NCBI GenBank assembly: GCA_951406725.2
Contig: OX597830.1
Location: 2,356,001 to 2,420,000 of the forward strand
Direction: 5' to 3'
Source: Octopus vulgaris
Taxonomy: Eukaryota
DNA length: 64,000 bases
Below the pieces are notes generated by a model. It worked only from the letters and a program-made list of their open reading frames with translations. It searched no databases and was not told the DNA's origin. Below are positions 38,595 through 54,100 of this stretch, one piece after another (within the stretch, counting starts at the first letter, position 1; the number at the start of each line of letters is the position of its first letter). Made by a program: the position numbers and the translations under genes.

Positions 38595-39746
38595 TGTGTG
38601 TGTGTGTGATGATACACAAATATACACAACACACACATTATTACAAGGGAAATGGAGCTGAGAGTGTCATTAGTAACAATTAAACCAAACATAAGAAATG
38701 AAATTTGTGTTTGTTGGAGAGAATAATTTCCAGCTTTCGATTTTAACACTTTGAGGAAAGGCATGAATATTGCTACATCTTTTTTCTCCTTTCTTTCTCT
38801 CTCTGTCTCTTTCCCTTTCTCCTTTCTCTTTCTCTCTTTCACACACACACACAATCACTCACACTTTCTCTTTCTTCCAAATATTTAAGTCTCAATGCCA
38901 AACTAACAGACAGTTAGTTATGATAATATCTTATCATATTTTGGCACATTTTCTCTATTTCAACAAAAATGAACCAAACTGTTGCAATATGTCCGCACTT
39001 CTTCATTAATAAATTTCTGCTGGTGGTGGTGGTGGTGGTGCTGCTGCTGCTGTTGGTGCTGCTGTGAGGCAGTAACAGATAATTGTCTACTCATTACAGT
39101 CCACTCTTCAGTATAATCATACGATAGATACGTTCTTCACATTTATTACTCTTCAAACATTTGTCAAATTCATTTTAGAATAATGCGTCTGGCTGAGTTT
39201 CATTTGACAAAATCTCCCTTGGAGATTATTTCAAGATTGTATTTGTTGATATCTTCTTTGAGATGACAATTAACTGTTACCTTGCTGCTGGTTACATCAC
39301 ATCTTTTAGAAAACTGACATCAGTGGTCCCTTGTTGTTGACAGTCAAAGGTGGGATTTTCGATGCTTCCCTAGCTTGAAGAATTTGAGATTCTGGATCAT
39401 TGAGGTTCAGAATTTGGCCATATAACTTCTTTCTTATTCTTCATTTTCACCAGGCAAAAAATACAGTATTCGCAGGATATTTTATTGCTTGTTACTTCGG
39501 TTTCAGTCTCAAACAAAACAGTAGCCATTAGTCTGAATAATAGTCTAGGACTCTATGATCTCACACAAGTATACACAAGCACACTCACATACACACAGCT
39601 CTCTCTCCCTCTCTTCCTTCTCTCCCATTCTCTTTCTATCTCTCTCTCACACACACCTACAGTATTTTAGGACTTATGATTACATCTATTATGACTTGTG
39701 ATATTGTGATGATAATTGCTGCGGTCTGGGATATTACAATACAATA

Positions 39747-41369
<1,623 letters not shown>

Positions 41370-41429
41370 TATGTATATGTGTGTGTGTGTGTATAAGCAC
41401 AAATATATATATACACACACACATATATG

Positions 41430-42190
41430 AAGGACTCTCCCGTCAGTTTCGACGTATGAGGCTCTGACAACATGCTCTTTCTTTGTCAGTCATAATGCTT
41501 ATGTCTAATGTGACATTTAAGTACCACCAACGATTTGCAAAGAGGCCACAGATCCTGCAAGTAAGGGGATTACTCCTTTGCCTTGTACCCCAAACCCTGT
41601 TAATGCTGCTTGCAACAAAATTACTAATACCCTTTTGACACAATCATCTCCATTTTATTTGCTCAAAAAAGTTGGGAGATATATTCATCTCTAAAGGGTT
41701 ATTCTTCTTATATCTGAGTCATGGTCACCCAATATTCCTGTGCCCACTCTCAAGCTGGCTGCCCATGAAGACTTTGGGTATTCTTTCATCATTCATCCTG
41801 ATGACATGGCCAGCCCAGCACAACTGGGATTGCACAAGGATGCTCTCGATTCCACCAGTCTTACACTTGCTAAACAGGCTGGCATTAGAAACTCTGTCTT
41901 TCAAGGAATAACTGCAGATTGTCCTCAGACAGCTTTTGTGGAAGATGTCTAGTTAGTTAATGTGTTTCCTATAGGGTATCCATGATTCTGAGCCATATAA
42001 GAGAGTAGCAAGAATGCCAGCTTTATAGGCCGGTACTTTGGTGTCAAGTTTGATGCCCCTTTCATTCCACAGGCGATGACAGAGTTTGCCAAATGTGTTG
42101 GTCGCCTTTGAAAGATGGTTGACAATTTCATCATAATAGGAAGTGCTTGAATTCACTTTACTACCAAAATATGTAAATGACTTCACATAA
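41430..42190 (-). mobile_element. Decayed RTE (BovB-like) LINE 3' fragment, a second RTE family
   Basis: FTYFGS..EIVNHLSKA..FGKL..LW..GIKLDTK..YKAGILATLLYGSESW, QLCWAGHVIRMND, terminal CRIC knuckle. Confidence 0.85.
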
Positions 42191-42369
42191 TTTAGGTTTT
42201 ATATATATATATATTTAAATAGAAGTTACTTAGAAAAGGATGTGTGGCTTTTGATTATAAAATAATATAAAAAATATGCAAATATATGCATATATACATA
42301 CATATATATACATACCTACATATATATGTATATATACATGCATATATGGGTAGAGGACATAAAAAAAAA

Positions 42370-42435
42370 CGATACCTCAACTTCAATTCCCACTATCCAT
42401 ACAGTGTAAAGAGAGGGATTGCTCAGCACCTAAAA
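42370..42435 (+). mobile_element. ~65-bp fragment of the Penelope/Poseidon RT
   Basis: Matches 46181-46245 (RYLNFNSHxPYxVKRGIAQHLK). Confidence 0.8.
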
Positions 42436-44279
42436 AAAACTTTGAACACAATGAGAAACGAAAACATAAAAACAAAAACGTAGAAAGGAACTTTTTTTGA
42501 ACAATGAAAAAAAACAAATAGAGAAACGAGACATGAAACATAAAGAATCTTCTGCTTCTTCAGTTTTCCCTGTTTCATCTACTCCACGTTTCGAAAGCAA
42601 TACATGACTTTTTTGAAATAGTCCTTCCCGCAAAGCAAATTAAATAAAATTTGGGATTTTTTGCAGAGGGTGAAAGTGGTAGCAAATTGGGTCTTAAGTT
42701 TACAAGATGGTATCTGTTGTTGTAACTTTTGATTCTTTGCTGACATATGTTAAGTATTGTTTCTGGATTACATCAGTTGAGATTAATTGAGATTTTGGGT
42801 TTTTTATGGCTGTTGTCTATCCCTGTGTCATTTGTGACCGACTTCATCGACAATGAAACACATCTTATGATATCTTCCAATTCCCTTTTTCTTTTCTCTT
42901 TGTTTGTTCTGAAGGCACAGTTAATTGAGCATGAAATCACACAGCATGTCCTTCCATTTTAACCCTTTAGCATTTCAACTGGTTGTCATCATCATCATCA
43001 TTTAACGTCTGCTTTCCATGCTGGCATGGGTTGGACAGTTTGACTGAAAATTCATAAGCTGGGGTTGCTGCACCAGGATCCAGTCTGATTTGGCAAGGTT
43101 TCTACAGCATGATGCCTTTCCTAATGCCAACCAATATAGTGGGTGTTTTTTTACATGCCACCAGCACAGGAGCCATAGGTCTGACACTAGCATCAGCCAC
43201 AACTATGGTTTCACAAGCATGGTATATCACTAAATGTCTCAGTCACCTGTCACTACCTGCAGGAGGCCCAACTCTTGACCAGCATCTGGTCTAAACATTC
43301 TACCTGCTATATGCTCAAGTTAGCTATTTTCAGCTTCTCACACCAACCCGGCAATGTCTTTCTAAAAACAAATCATCATCGAAATCACAAAACTATGAGA
43401 TAATCCATGATTAATTCAAAACATTGTGGATAAATAATCATTACATTTGACTGAATGATTTGAATACTAAAGAATTAAAGAAGGTATGATGTGATTTAAT
43501 GGTGATTTATCTGTAATTTCTGGTCGGTTGACCATCCCCACATAAACACTGCTCCTTCTGTTGGTTTGAGTCACTATTACAATTTACGGTTTGATTTTCC
43601 ACAATAGTTGTAATTGCTTTCTCTGTCTGGAGATTTGTACCTGTTCTTTCTGCTTTCTTAGTCACAGGTGTGATGGTTAACCAATATAGTAAATCAGTGA
43701 ACAAATCTTTTCAGATTTGTTGTGGTTTGTTGAACATAAAGCTTTTCGCTTTTGTCAATTGACTTTGGCTCCTGAAATTGATTTTGCTGTTGTTGTTGTG
43801 ATTGGAGGATTTGCTTTTAATCATCGAAAATAGATTTCACCTTTCTCTGATCACACTTTACTACAAAGGACCATAAGTAATGGTTATAATGATTTAAAAA
43901 CATCAAAACAAAGACAAAAAGCAAAAACAGAGCAAATTGCGAATATTACTGCTTGATGACCATTAAATGGTTAGCAGAATGGCTTTTTGATTGCTGGCTT
44001 CAGAGTACCATTCAAATATTGAAATACCCCCCAAAAAATCAAATTGATATTTGAAGTTTTAAAATTATGTTCACTCAGCTGCTGCTGCTGCTGTAACTTG
44101 AATTATTTGAAAGTTTTAATGATAGATTTTATTTCAATTTCAACTCCTACATTCTTACAGCCTACAATATTAATGGTACCCTTGGCTTCATCATCATCCT
44201 CATCAACATCATTATTACCACTATAGCCACCAGCTGATTCACCACACCATTCCCTGCCACCCTTCCTGCACATCAGCAT

Positions 44280-44422
44280 CATCATTAACCTCATCATCAT
44301 CACTATTCTTCTTCTTTTCCTTATCATCATCATCGCTACTATCATCATCATTATTATTATTATTATTATTATTATTGTTATTGTTGTTGTTGTTGTTGTT
44401 GCTTTTGTAGATTGTTGTTATT

Positions 44423-44469
<47 letters not shown>

Positions 44470-44500
44470 TGTTATTGACGTTGTTTTAGTTTCTATCATT
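44280..44500. repeat. Compound (CAT)n/(ATT)n/(GTT)n microsatellite
   Basis: Direct reading. Confidence 0.9.
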
Positions 44501-45360
44501 ATAATTATTTACTTCTATTCACTTGATTATTTTTAAAAGTTACCTGCAGACACCAATCTCGCAACTTATCCTCTCTTTTCTTTCTTCTTTTTCTAAAATT
44601 TTCCTCTTTTTCTTTTTCTTTCTTTTGTAACATTTTCACAAATGTTTCCAACACACAAGGAACATTTTCAACTGTCAATTTCATATTTATGGTATTGTTT
44701 CAATCATTTTTATCTCTATTTTAATTTTTTTTTTTATATTTTATTTTTCCCTCTTTATCCCAGAAAATTATTCGACTTGTCTACTATAATTCAGTTGAGT
44801 CATTAATTTCAGAAAATGATCTTATATTTAATACCAATATGAAGCCGGAGAATCGGTAGCACCATTCTGACACATCTAGCAATCTACTTCTGTCATGGCA
44901 CATTATGTATGGCTAATTGCATCCTATCATTTTTGTGCTCATTAACACATATCAGATGATTAGATTCAATTGCAGGTTGGCTCTATATTTTAGGCTGTCA
45001 CATCAAATAAGAATCGGCAAAGAAAATGAAGCTGAAATGTCTTTTACAAAACCATACTTACAGGAATCTAACATTTAATCATTTGTACTTGATGGTTTCT
45101 ATACTTCTAATCTGAAAGGATTTGAAGAATTTACACATTCACATCTCTCTCTCTCTTTCCCTATCTCTCTCTCTCTCTCTTTCTCTCTCTATCTCTTTCT
45201 CTCTCTCACTATTTCTCTCTCTCTTTGAATACATACATACATGTAAACACAAACACACACACATATATATATATACACATGCATATATATGCATATATAA
45301 AATATGTGTGTGTGTGTGTGTGTATGAATATATATATGTATACAAATATATATATATAGA

Positions 45361-45410
<50 letters not shown>

Positions 45411-45667
45411 AGTGTGTATGTATGTATGTGTGTGTGTGTATAAAATAAATATAGTTGCAGTTATGATTATACATAGAACCCAGTACAAAACTTAACTGAA
45501 ATCTCCCTTGCTGCCTTTCATTAAAATAACTTATTATTTTCCTTAGCAGGCAGTTTACTTGGAAGTTCCACCCATGTAGCTTTCATCAGACTGTGTGAAG
45601 GCAACAGGAAACTTTAAAGTACCTGTCAGCTTTTCCATGTTACATTAAAATACTATCCTGATATCAG

Positions 45668-46879
45668 ATGGGCCGCATATCTTTTGTAAGTCTGTTCACC
45701 AAAGTCCCAACTGATGAAGCACTATCGGTGATTCAAGAGAAACTAGTGACAGAGACCCATCTAAAAGAATGCACTAATATACCAATAAGAAAGTTGAGGG
45801 AAATGTTGACCTTCAGTGTAGAAACTACCTACTTCAGTATGGACACTGATATATATTGACAAGAAGAGGGTTTAGCTATGGGTTTGCCATTATCACCAAT
45901 AATAGCCAATATATACATGTAATACTTTGAGAATTTGGCTTTAGGATCAACACCACTAAATCCAACCTTATGGCTGCGATATGTTGATGACACCTTCATA
46001 CTCTGGCCCCACCAGGAAGATGTCCAAGTGCTGTTAGATCATGTGAACTCAATAAAGCCATCCCGTACAGTTCAAATGGAAAAAGGAAAAGACAATCAGC
46101 TGGCATTCCTGGACGTATTAATAACACGTACCAAGTATGGATTCAGGACATTCGTATACCACAGGCTGACCTTCACTGGACGATACCTCAACTTTAATTC
46201 CCACCATCCATACAATGTAAAGAGAGGGATTGCTCAGCACCTAAAACATCATGCAAAGAATATAAGTAGCGATCATGATACAGAAGATGAAGAAATGATC
46301 AAGCTCAGTAACAGTCTGTTAAGTAACAACTACCCCCAAAACACTCCAATTGTCCACTCCAATTATGAAGACAAGAGAGGATGAAACTAATGAATTGTCC
46401 ACAGTCTGTCTACCCTATGTGAAAGGCCTCACCGAAAAGATTCAAAAGATATGTGGCACATATGACATCAGGACAGTATTCAAGAGTAATACAACACTTT
46501 GCAAATATCTCCTTCGAGTAAAACCACCAATAGAAAAGAATATGACCCAAAGACTGTGTGTACTCCATTCCATGCAAGTATGGTAGGCCATACAAAGCTG
46601 AAACATGCCACCCACTCAAAATATGGGTAGAGGAACGCTGTGACATGAGGATATATTGATAAGTCAGATATAGCTGATCATGTATGGAAAAATGGAGACC
46701 ACCTCTCCCTGTGGGATGAAGTTAAAATAACAGACAGAGAACACCACTGGAAAATACGAAAACTAAAAGAAGCAGCAGAAATGCTAGGACACAACAATCT
46801 CCTAAGCAGACCAAGTGCAGGTATGAACAGCATATGGGAACCGGTACTAAGGACGGATATAAAAATATTAGATTTATAA
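45668..46879 (+). pseudogene. Penelope/Poseidon-type PLE RT plus GIY-YIG, 5'-truncated and disrupted
   Basis: SLFTKVP, Q..GLAMGLPLSPIIANIYM, WLRYVDDTF, LAFLDVLI, TGRYLNFNSHHP, LPYVKG, CVYSIPC, IADHVW, RKLKEA; stop TAA 46877-46879. Confidence 0.9.
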
Positions 46880-46900
46880 GCCCTAAAATTCACTCCTTAA

Positions 46901-47119
46901 TTGCCCACGGGCATATGGCATAGTGGTTAAGAGCGTGGACTATTAACCCCAAGATTCCGAGTTCAATTCCAAACCTGAATAATAATAATAATAACATTGA
47001 AAAATACCTTAGGAATGAGAACCTAGGTTCGAAATTTCCAAAAGACAGGAGGATATAACAACAAACAAGATGAAGACAAATATCCACCAAATGTAAATAA
47101 TGTACATAATTCCTCATCT
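46901..47119 (+). mobile_element. tRNA-derived head plus (AAT)n and pLTR-like tail directly downstream of the Penelope ORF
   Basis: A box TGGCATAGTGG at 46916-46926, B box AGTTCAATTCC at ~46960-46970. Body homologous to 38221-38461; the hammerhead region is largely deleted in this copy. Confidence 0.8.
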
Positions 47120-48087
47120 TATGATACTGTTGGAATGAAGAAACTCCATGTTATGATCATGTTCTTTTCTCTTATTACATATGCTCAAAGAATTTCATGT
47201 TTCCCACTTTATTTTTTGCCCCAATTGGCTCATTTTTTTTATATCTAACACTATGTCTTTCTCCATTTCTAATTTAAGGTTTAAAACAAAGCAACCCTGC
47301 AAAACACAACTGATCTTTACACAAAGACACACAGAATAACAGCAATTCATATAACGACAGCAAAGTGCACAACAAACACCAGCGATCTGACCATCGCCTG
47401 TAATCTTGGACAAGAGATGCCAGTTACTCTTTTACACCTAGGCTCATTCGTATTAGCCCAAGATGCTGGATAATTTTTCATTCCTTTAAGATTTTTGTAG
47501 ACAGAAAACTTTGCATACATTGGAATTTAAATCTTAATCTTCACAGAAATTTATTGTTTCAAAAAAATTTTGAATTTGAATTACTTTTAATTTTTACAAT
47601 TATAGATAACAACTTGGGCTGTAACTTCTGAGCCCAAGTCAGGCATGTGTGAACAATATCGAGAGAAAGTTTGCTACAAATGGTATTTTTTGAGACAGAG
47701 CATCTCTAAGACCACTGCCAGAAGCTGAACAAAAATAAATGAACTGCAATCAGGCTCAATAAAAGGAGCTTGGCTTATTGACTACCTTTACATACTTGAA
47801 GTTAGTTTTGGCAGAAATCAGCTTCCAAAGACAGGTTCACTTTCCTAGAGTTATACTCAGCCGAAGCCTGCACAGTCCGAGTGATGGAGACACCACTGTT
47901 ATAGATGTGTATATATATATATATATATATAATATATATATATATACATGTATATATATACATGTATATTTATGCATATATATATACATATATATACATG
48001 TATGTATATGCATATATTTTTCATATATATACATGTATATATATATATGCATATATATACATGTATATATATGTATGTATATATGCA

Positions 48088-48129
<42 letters not shown>

Positions 48130-48135
48130 TATATA

Positions 48136-48179
<44 letters not shown>

Positions 48180-48204
48180 CATATATATATGTATATATAT
48201 ATAC

Positions 48205-50790
48205 ATCATCATCATCATCATCGTGTAGCGTCCGCTTTCCATGCTCGCATGGGTTGGACGGTGCAACTGGGGTCTGGGAAGCCAGAAGGCTGCACCAGGC
48301 CCAGTCTGATCTGGCAATGTTTTTATGGCTGGATGCCCTTCCTAACGCCAACCACTCCATGAGTGTAGTGGGTGCTTTTTACGTGCCACCGGCACAGGTG
48401 CCAGACAAGGCTGGCAAACGGACACGAACGGATTGTGCTTTTTACGTGCCACTGGCACGGAGGCCAGGCGAGGCTAGCAAACAGCCACGATCGGAAGGTG
48501 CTTTTCACGTGCCACTGGCACTGGTATCACGGCTACAATTTCTATTCATGTTGATCGATTTTGATTTTTGGTTTTTGATTTTGATTTTGATTTTCACTTG
48601 CCTCAACAGGTCTTCACAAGTAGAGTTTTGTGTCCCAAGAAGGAAAGGTATGCATAAGTGGACTGAGGCCATGGGTTATGGTCTCACTTGTCCTGCTGGG
48701 TCTTCTCACGCACAGCATACTTCCAAAGGTCTTGGTCTCTAGTCATTTCCTCGGTGAGACCTAAAGTTCGAAGGTCGTGCTTCACCACCTCGTCCAAGGT
48801 TTTCCTGGGTCTACCTCTTCCACAGGTTCCCTCAACAGCTAGGGTGTGGCACTTTTTCAGACAACTATTTTCATCCATTCTTGCCACATGGCCATACCAG
48901 TGCAAACATCTCTCTTGCACACCGCAACTGATGCTTCTTAGGTCCAACTTCTCTCTCAAGGTACTTACACTCTGTCGAGTATGAACACTGACATTACACA
49001 TCCATCGGAGCATACTGGCTTCATTTCTCGCGAGCTTACACATATCCTCAGCAGTCACGGCCCATGTTTCACTGCCGTGTAACATGGCTGTTCGTACACA
49101 TGCGTCATACAGTCTGCCTTTTACTCTGAGCGAGAGGCCTTTAGTCACCAGCAGAGTTAAGAGCTCTCTGAACTTTACCCAAGCTATTCTTACTCTAGCA
49201 GTTACAGTTTCAACATGCCCGCCCTCGCAACTGATGAGGTCACCTAAGTAATGGAAGCTATCAACTATTTCTAGTTTTTCTCCCTGGAATGTGGTGGAAG
49301 TTGCTCTCTGCGCATTTTCAGTGTTTATTGCTCCTGAGCATCTGCCACAGACAAAAACTATCTTCCTAGTTAGCCTTCCCTTGATGTTGCTGCACCTCTT
49401 ATGTGTCCATAGCTTACACTTGGTGCATCTTATAGAGTTTCTACCTACGCCTTTCCTACAAATTGAGCAAGGCCATCTACCTGAAGGCGTTTGTGACTTG
49501 TCTACCTTCCTACATATTAGGACTTTGGTTTTAGCTAGGTTGACTCTAAGGCCCTTCGATTCTAATCCTTGCTTCCACACCTGAAACTTCTCCTCCAGTT
49601 CTGATAGTGACTCAGTAATTAGAGCAAGGTCATCAGCATAGAGGAGCTCCCAGGGGCATCCTGTCTTGCTTTCTTCCGTTATTGCCTGGAGGACTACGAT
49701 AAATAGGAGGGGGCTGAGGACTGAACCTTGGTTGACCCCTACCTCTACCTGGAATTCTTCACTGTATTCGTTGCCAACTTTGACTTTACTAGCAGCATCC
49801 CTGTACATGGCTCACACAGCTCTCACTAACCATTTATCTATCCCTAGTTTCCTCATTGACCACCAGATAAGGGATCGGGGGACCCTGTCGAAGGCTTTCT
49901 CCATGTCAATGAAAGCCAGGTACAGGGGCTTATCTTTGGCTAGGTATTTCTCCTGCAGCTGTCTTACCAGGAATATAGCATCAGTGGTGCTTTTCCCTGG
50001 CACGAATCCAAACTGCATTTCATCTAAACTAACTCTCTCCCTAATCAGTTGGGATATGACTCTTTCCGTAACATTCATTACCTGATCCAACAGCTTGATA
50101 CCTCTGCAATTACTTGTATCTAGGGCGTCACCTTTACCTTTGTAGCAGTTGACTATTATGCTACTACACCAGTCATTGGGTATGACTCCTTCGTGTATCA
50201 CCTGGTTAACTATACGGGTGACTAGGCTATAGCCGACACTACCAGATACTTTGAGCATCTCTGCAGTAATTCCTGATGAGCCTGGGCTTTCCCTGTTTTC
50301 ATGCTTCTAATTGCCTTAACTACCAAGGAACTGTCAACTCGGATAGCTGGTCCCTCTGTTGGGTCGACATTCAGCAGACTCTCTTTATCCCATTCATTTT
50401 CTTTATTCAGCAACCTTTCATAGTGGCGTCTCCAAACCTCTCTCTTTGCATCCTCATTTAGCGCAAGTGAACCATCATCCATGCGAACACATTTCTCTCC
50501 TACCACATCACGATTCTCTCTCACACACTGTCTTGCAACGTGAAATACCTCAAGTCTTTGGTCCTCATGGCACAGAACATTGGCAAATTTTTTTTATCTG
50601 CTTCCCCTCTGGCTAAATAAACCTGTCTCCTAGCTTCTCTTTTGGCAGTCTGAAACAATTCCCTGCTGTCCCCATTTTTCCAGTCCTTCCAAGCCTGTCT
50701 CTTTTCTCTAATAGCCCTGTCTACAACATTGTTCCACCACCACGTTATTCTAGGTCGAGAGAGGACTTTGCACCAGCCACAGATCTGGTC
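48205..50790 (-). mobile_element. 5'-truncated RTE LINE with PHD-like finger in the RT region
   Basis: ORF pieces 50222-50524, 49812-50258 and 48684-49808: QFGFVPGKSTTDAIF, FIDMEKAFDRV, QGSVLSP, YADDL, C4HC3 insert, GRGRPRKT. 3' UTR repeats and (GAT)n tail. Confidence 0.95.
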
Positions 50791-50804
50791 ATATATACAT
50801 ACAT

Positions 50805-51072
50805 ATGTATATATGGCTAAATATCCCCTTTAATTGTGCGAACTCGACGAATGTGTACAGTAGACTTAAATCTATACTGGAAAAAAATTTCCCAGCCTCC
50901 CATAAATATGATGAAATAATTTCTAGGAGATCAGTAAGAATTTCCTATTCCACTCTCTCAAACATGGCTACCATAATAGCTGGACTTAATAGTAAAAAGA
51001 TTAAATTAGCCAGGAGTAGAATGAATAGTAACAATAATGATAGTAATAATAATTGTAATAATAGCATTAACA

Positions 51073-51137
<65 letters not shown>
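50805..51137 (+). mobile_element. Naiad-like PLE, left part (RT thumb C-terminus and start of poly-Asn linker)
   Basis: IWLNIPF..ILEKNFPASHKY..ISRRSVRISYSTLSNMATII..NSK resembles the WFNPPF..HFP..KISYS..NM thumb motif; continues after the Dong insertion. Confidence 0.8.
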
Positions 51138-51140
<3 letters not shown>

Positions 51141-54100
51141 CAAAAACAAAGCTATTTTTCACGAACAAACGCAAAAAAGAGCAAATTGGTCACTGAATTT
51201 TTAACGTCACTGAACAGTTATGTCCAGAAACATGTCCACCAAAAGAAATAGAGGCGAATTTTGATCTGTAAGTCTCATGCGAATTCGAGATGACCAATAT
51301 ATTAATTCAGAGAATTCTGAAGCGGTGTCTTGACAAAATGTTGACCCTGTACAAACAGTCCCTTCTTCTAACGTCACTGTCACAGTTGACTCTGACAAAA
51401 TGGACCCCTCTGATGTCGCCGTCAATCATTTAATGAAAACAAGCCAAAAATCATGCCGGATCAGTCATCGCCCGGGACAACAAGGAACGCGATACACAGT
51501 AGGGAACCAGACTGGGGTCGAAAAGTTTGCTGCTGGAACAAACTCTCAAAAAGACGATCTACCAGGTGACCAGGACCAGAATACTTCTAACTCTGGACTT
51601 GTAGTGACACCACCAAAAATACCACCTAAAGCAAAATGTATAAAATGGACCAGAGAGGACTATAGAGATGTGTTGAAAGCTTTTTATACAGCCCAACTAA
51701 ACCCAAACAATAACCTCAGTGTACAAGCATACATCTCATGGAGAAATTCAGTAGGCAACGAAGTACGTAGATATATAGATGCAAATAAATTAAGTAATGT
51801 ACGCAGAGATATAATTAGAAACAAAAGACTAACTGACGCTGAAATTGACCAAATTAGGACACTAATAGCTCATGGTAGACCAAAAGAAAACAGCAACAAT
51901 GTAGACGAAATAGGTAACAGTAGCACAGAAGCCAGTGTACAAGCGACAAATCAACTTCCCAATAGGGAAGTTAAACAAAGAATAGCGAAGACGAGAGATT
52001 TGAAAAAAGAGGAGAACGTAGACCTTCCTCAAGAAAACCAAAATAGATATGGCATAGAATTTGAGGTGAAAAATAGAGAAAAGATTATGGAAGCAAAAGT
52101 GGACGTTATGAGACAACTCAGCAAGATTGAGCTCACTGACATGGTTAATAGAGAACCGCTACCAAAGTTTTCAAACGGCACAAGAAATAACAACACAATC
52201 ATGACATATAACGTTGCCCTAGGACAGATCTTAAGAAATAAGGGGAATGATTTGACAACCTTAAATAATCTCATTTATTCCACTGCTAAAGTAGTAACTA
52301 CCCAACTAGGTATTAAGATGACAAAGAAAAAGGCCAGGCATGTCAATGAACCTCCTAAGTGGAAAGTAGCGATACAAAAAGAGATTGAATCTCTGCGGGC
52401 GGATGTTTCAGTTCTCGATGAGCTTGCTAGAGGAGTGAATATTAAGCCGAGAAAAGCTAGAAATATCAAGCAAAAATATAAAATCAAAGATCTCATAAAC
52501 CTCCCTGCAACTAAGGAACTGTTGAAACAATGGATACAGTTGAAAGTCCAACGGCTTAGAAGGTATGACAAAAGAAACAAATTTTATCGACAAAATAGAT
52601 TTTTTAAGACAGATGCAAAGAAATTTTATAGGGAAATTGGCAAACATAAAATACACATAGAAGATCCACCTAAGATTGAGGAAGTGGAGGAGTTCTGGAA
52701 GAAGGTATGGAGCAATGAAAAAGAGTTTAATGCTGAGGCTGACTGGATAGAACGTGAGAAAGAGAGACTGGATGAACTTGAAGAACAGAAATGGGAAGCA
52801 ATAGGAATAGAGGAGCTAAGGTGTGTCCTTAGGAAGGCTCATAAATGGAAAACCCCAGGACTGGATTGGATCCCTAACTTCTGGCTGAATTGTTTGACAG
52901 AGGTACCCGAAAATCTCGCTGCATCTCTCTCTGATGTCATTCAGAACCCAGAGCAAATACCTGCTTGGCTGACTGAAGGAACCACCTACCTATTACCTAA
53001 AACTGAAGACACAAAATACCCAAAGAATTACCGGCTAATAACATGTCTCAACACCACCTACAAAATCCTCACATCCATAATAACAGAGAGAATGTACGCT
53101 TTCCTTGAATAAAACTCTATCCTTCCACAAGCTCAAAAAGGTTGTAAAAGAAACTCTTATGGGTGCAAAGACCAATTGCTCATAAACAGAATGATTGTAG
53201 AGAATTGCCGGAGCAAAAACATAAACCTGAGTATGGCATGGATAGACTACAGGAAAGCGTTTGACAGTGTCCCACATAAATGGATACTCAAGGCCCTTGA
53301 GATATACAAGATCTCTCCTGTCGTCTCAAAATTCTTACAGAATAGCATGACCATGTGGAACACACGTCTCTTTCTAAGCCATAGTAATGGGATGAGCCAG
53401 TCCAACAGCATCAACATCAAACGAGGCATCTTTCAAGGTGACTCCCTCTCTCCATTACTTTTTTGCATGGCACTGATCCCACTCTCAAAAGAATTGGATA
53501 GTACCAGATATGGGTACAAAGTTTTTAGTAAATCAAGAAACCACCTTTTCTATATGGACGACCTAAAGCTGTTTGCCAGGAATGACCAAGAGCTAGAAGG
53601 GCTGCTAACAACTGTTAAAGAGTTTAGCAACGATATCGGAATGGATTTTGGCCTTGATAAGTGTGCTAAAGCCACTTTTGTAAGAGGCAATCTCAGGCAA
53701 ACAGATTCTGTTAAATTAGATATTGACACTACCATCAAGGAACTTGACCCACAAGAAAGTTACAAATACCTAGGAATCAACGAAGGAGATGGTATAGATC
53801 ATGCTACTATGAAGGAAAAAATAAGAAAGGAATACTATAGGAGAATAAGGCTTGTACTGAAGACTGAACTCAACTCCAAACATTGCATTGAGGCCATTAA
53901 TACCCTGGCACTTCCAGTAGTCCAGTACAGTTTTAACATCATTAACTGGAACCTTACGGAACTCCAACGCTTGGACAGGAAGACAAGAAAATTACTGACA
54001 TCCAAGAACACCCTAAGGCAGATGTAGACCGCCTGTACCTACCTAGAAGCAGCGGGGGGAGAGGAATGATGCAATTAGAGCTGTGCTATAAGACCTCCAC

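Noticed and set aside
46909-46978. Functional tRNA gene (also 38221-38295)
   Set aside because: Acceptor and T stems do not pair properly, anticodon loop differs between copies, and it runs into repeat body; tRNA-derived only.
50805-51251. PLE-Dong fusion protein ORF
   Set aside because: Chance read-through from the poly-Asn frame into the Dong 5' UTR; stops after ~37 codons.
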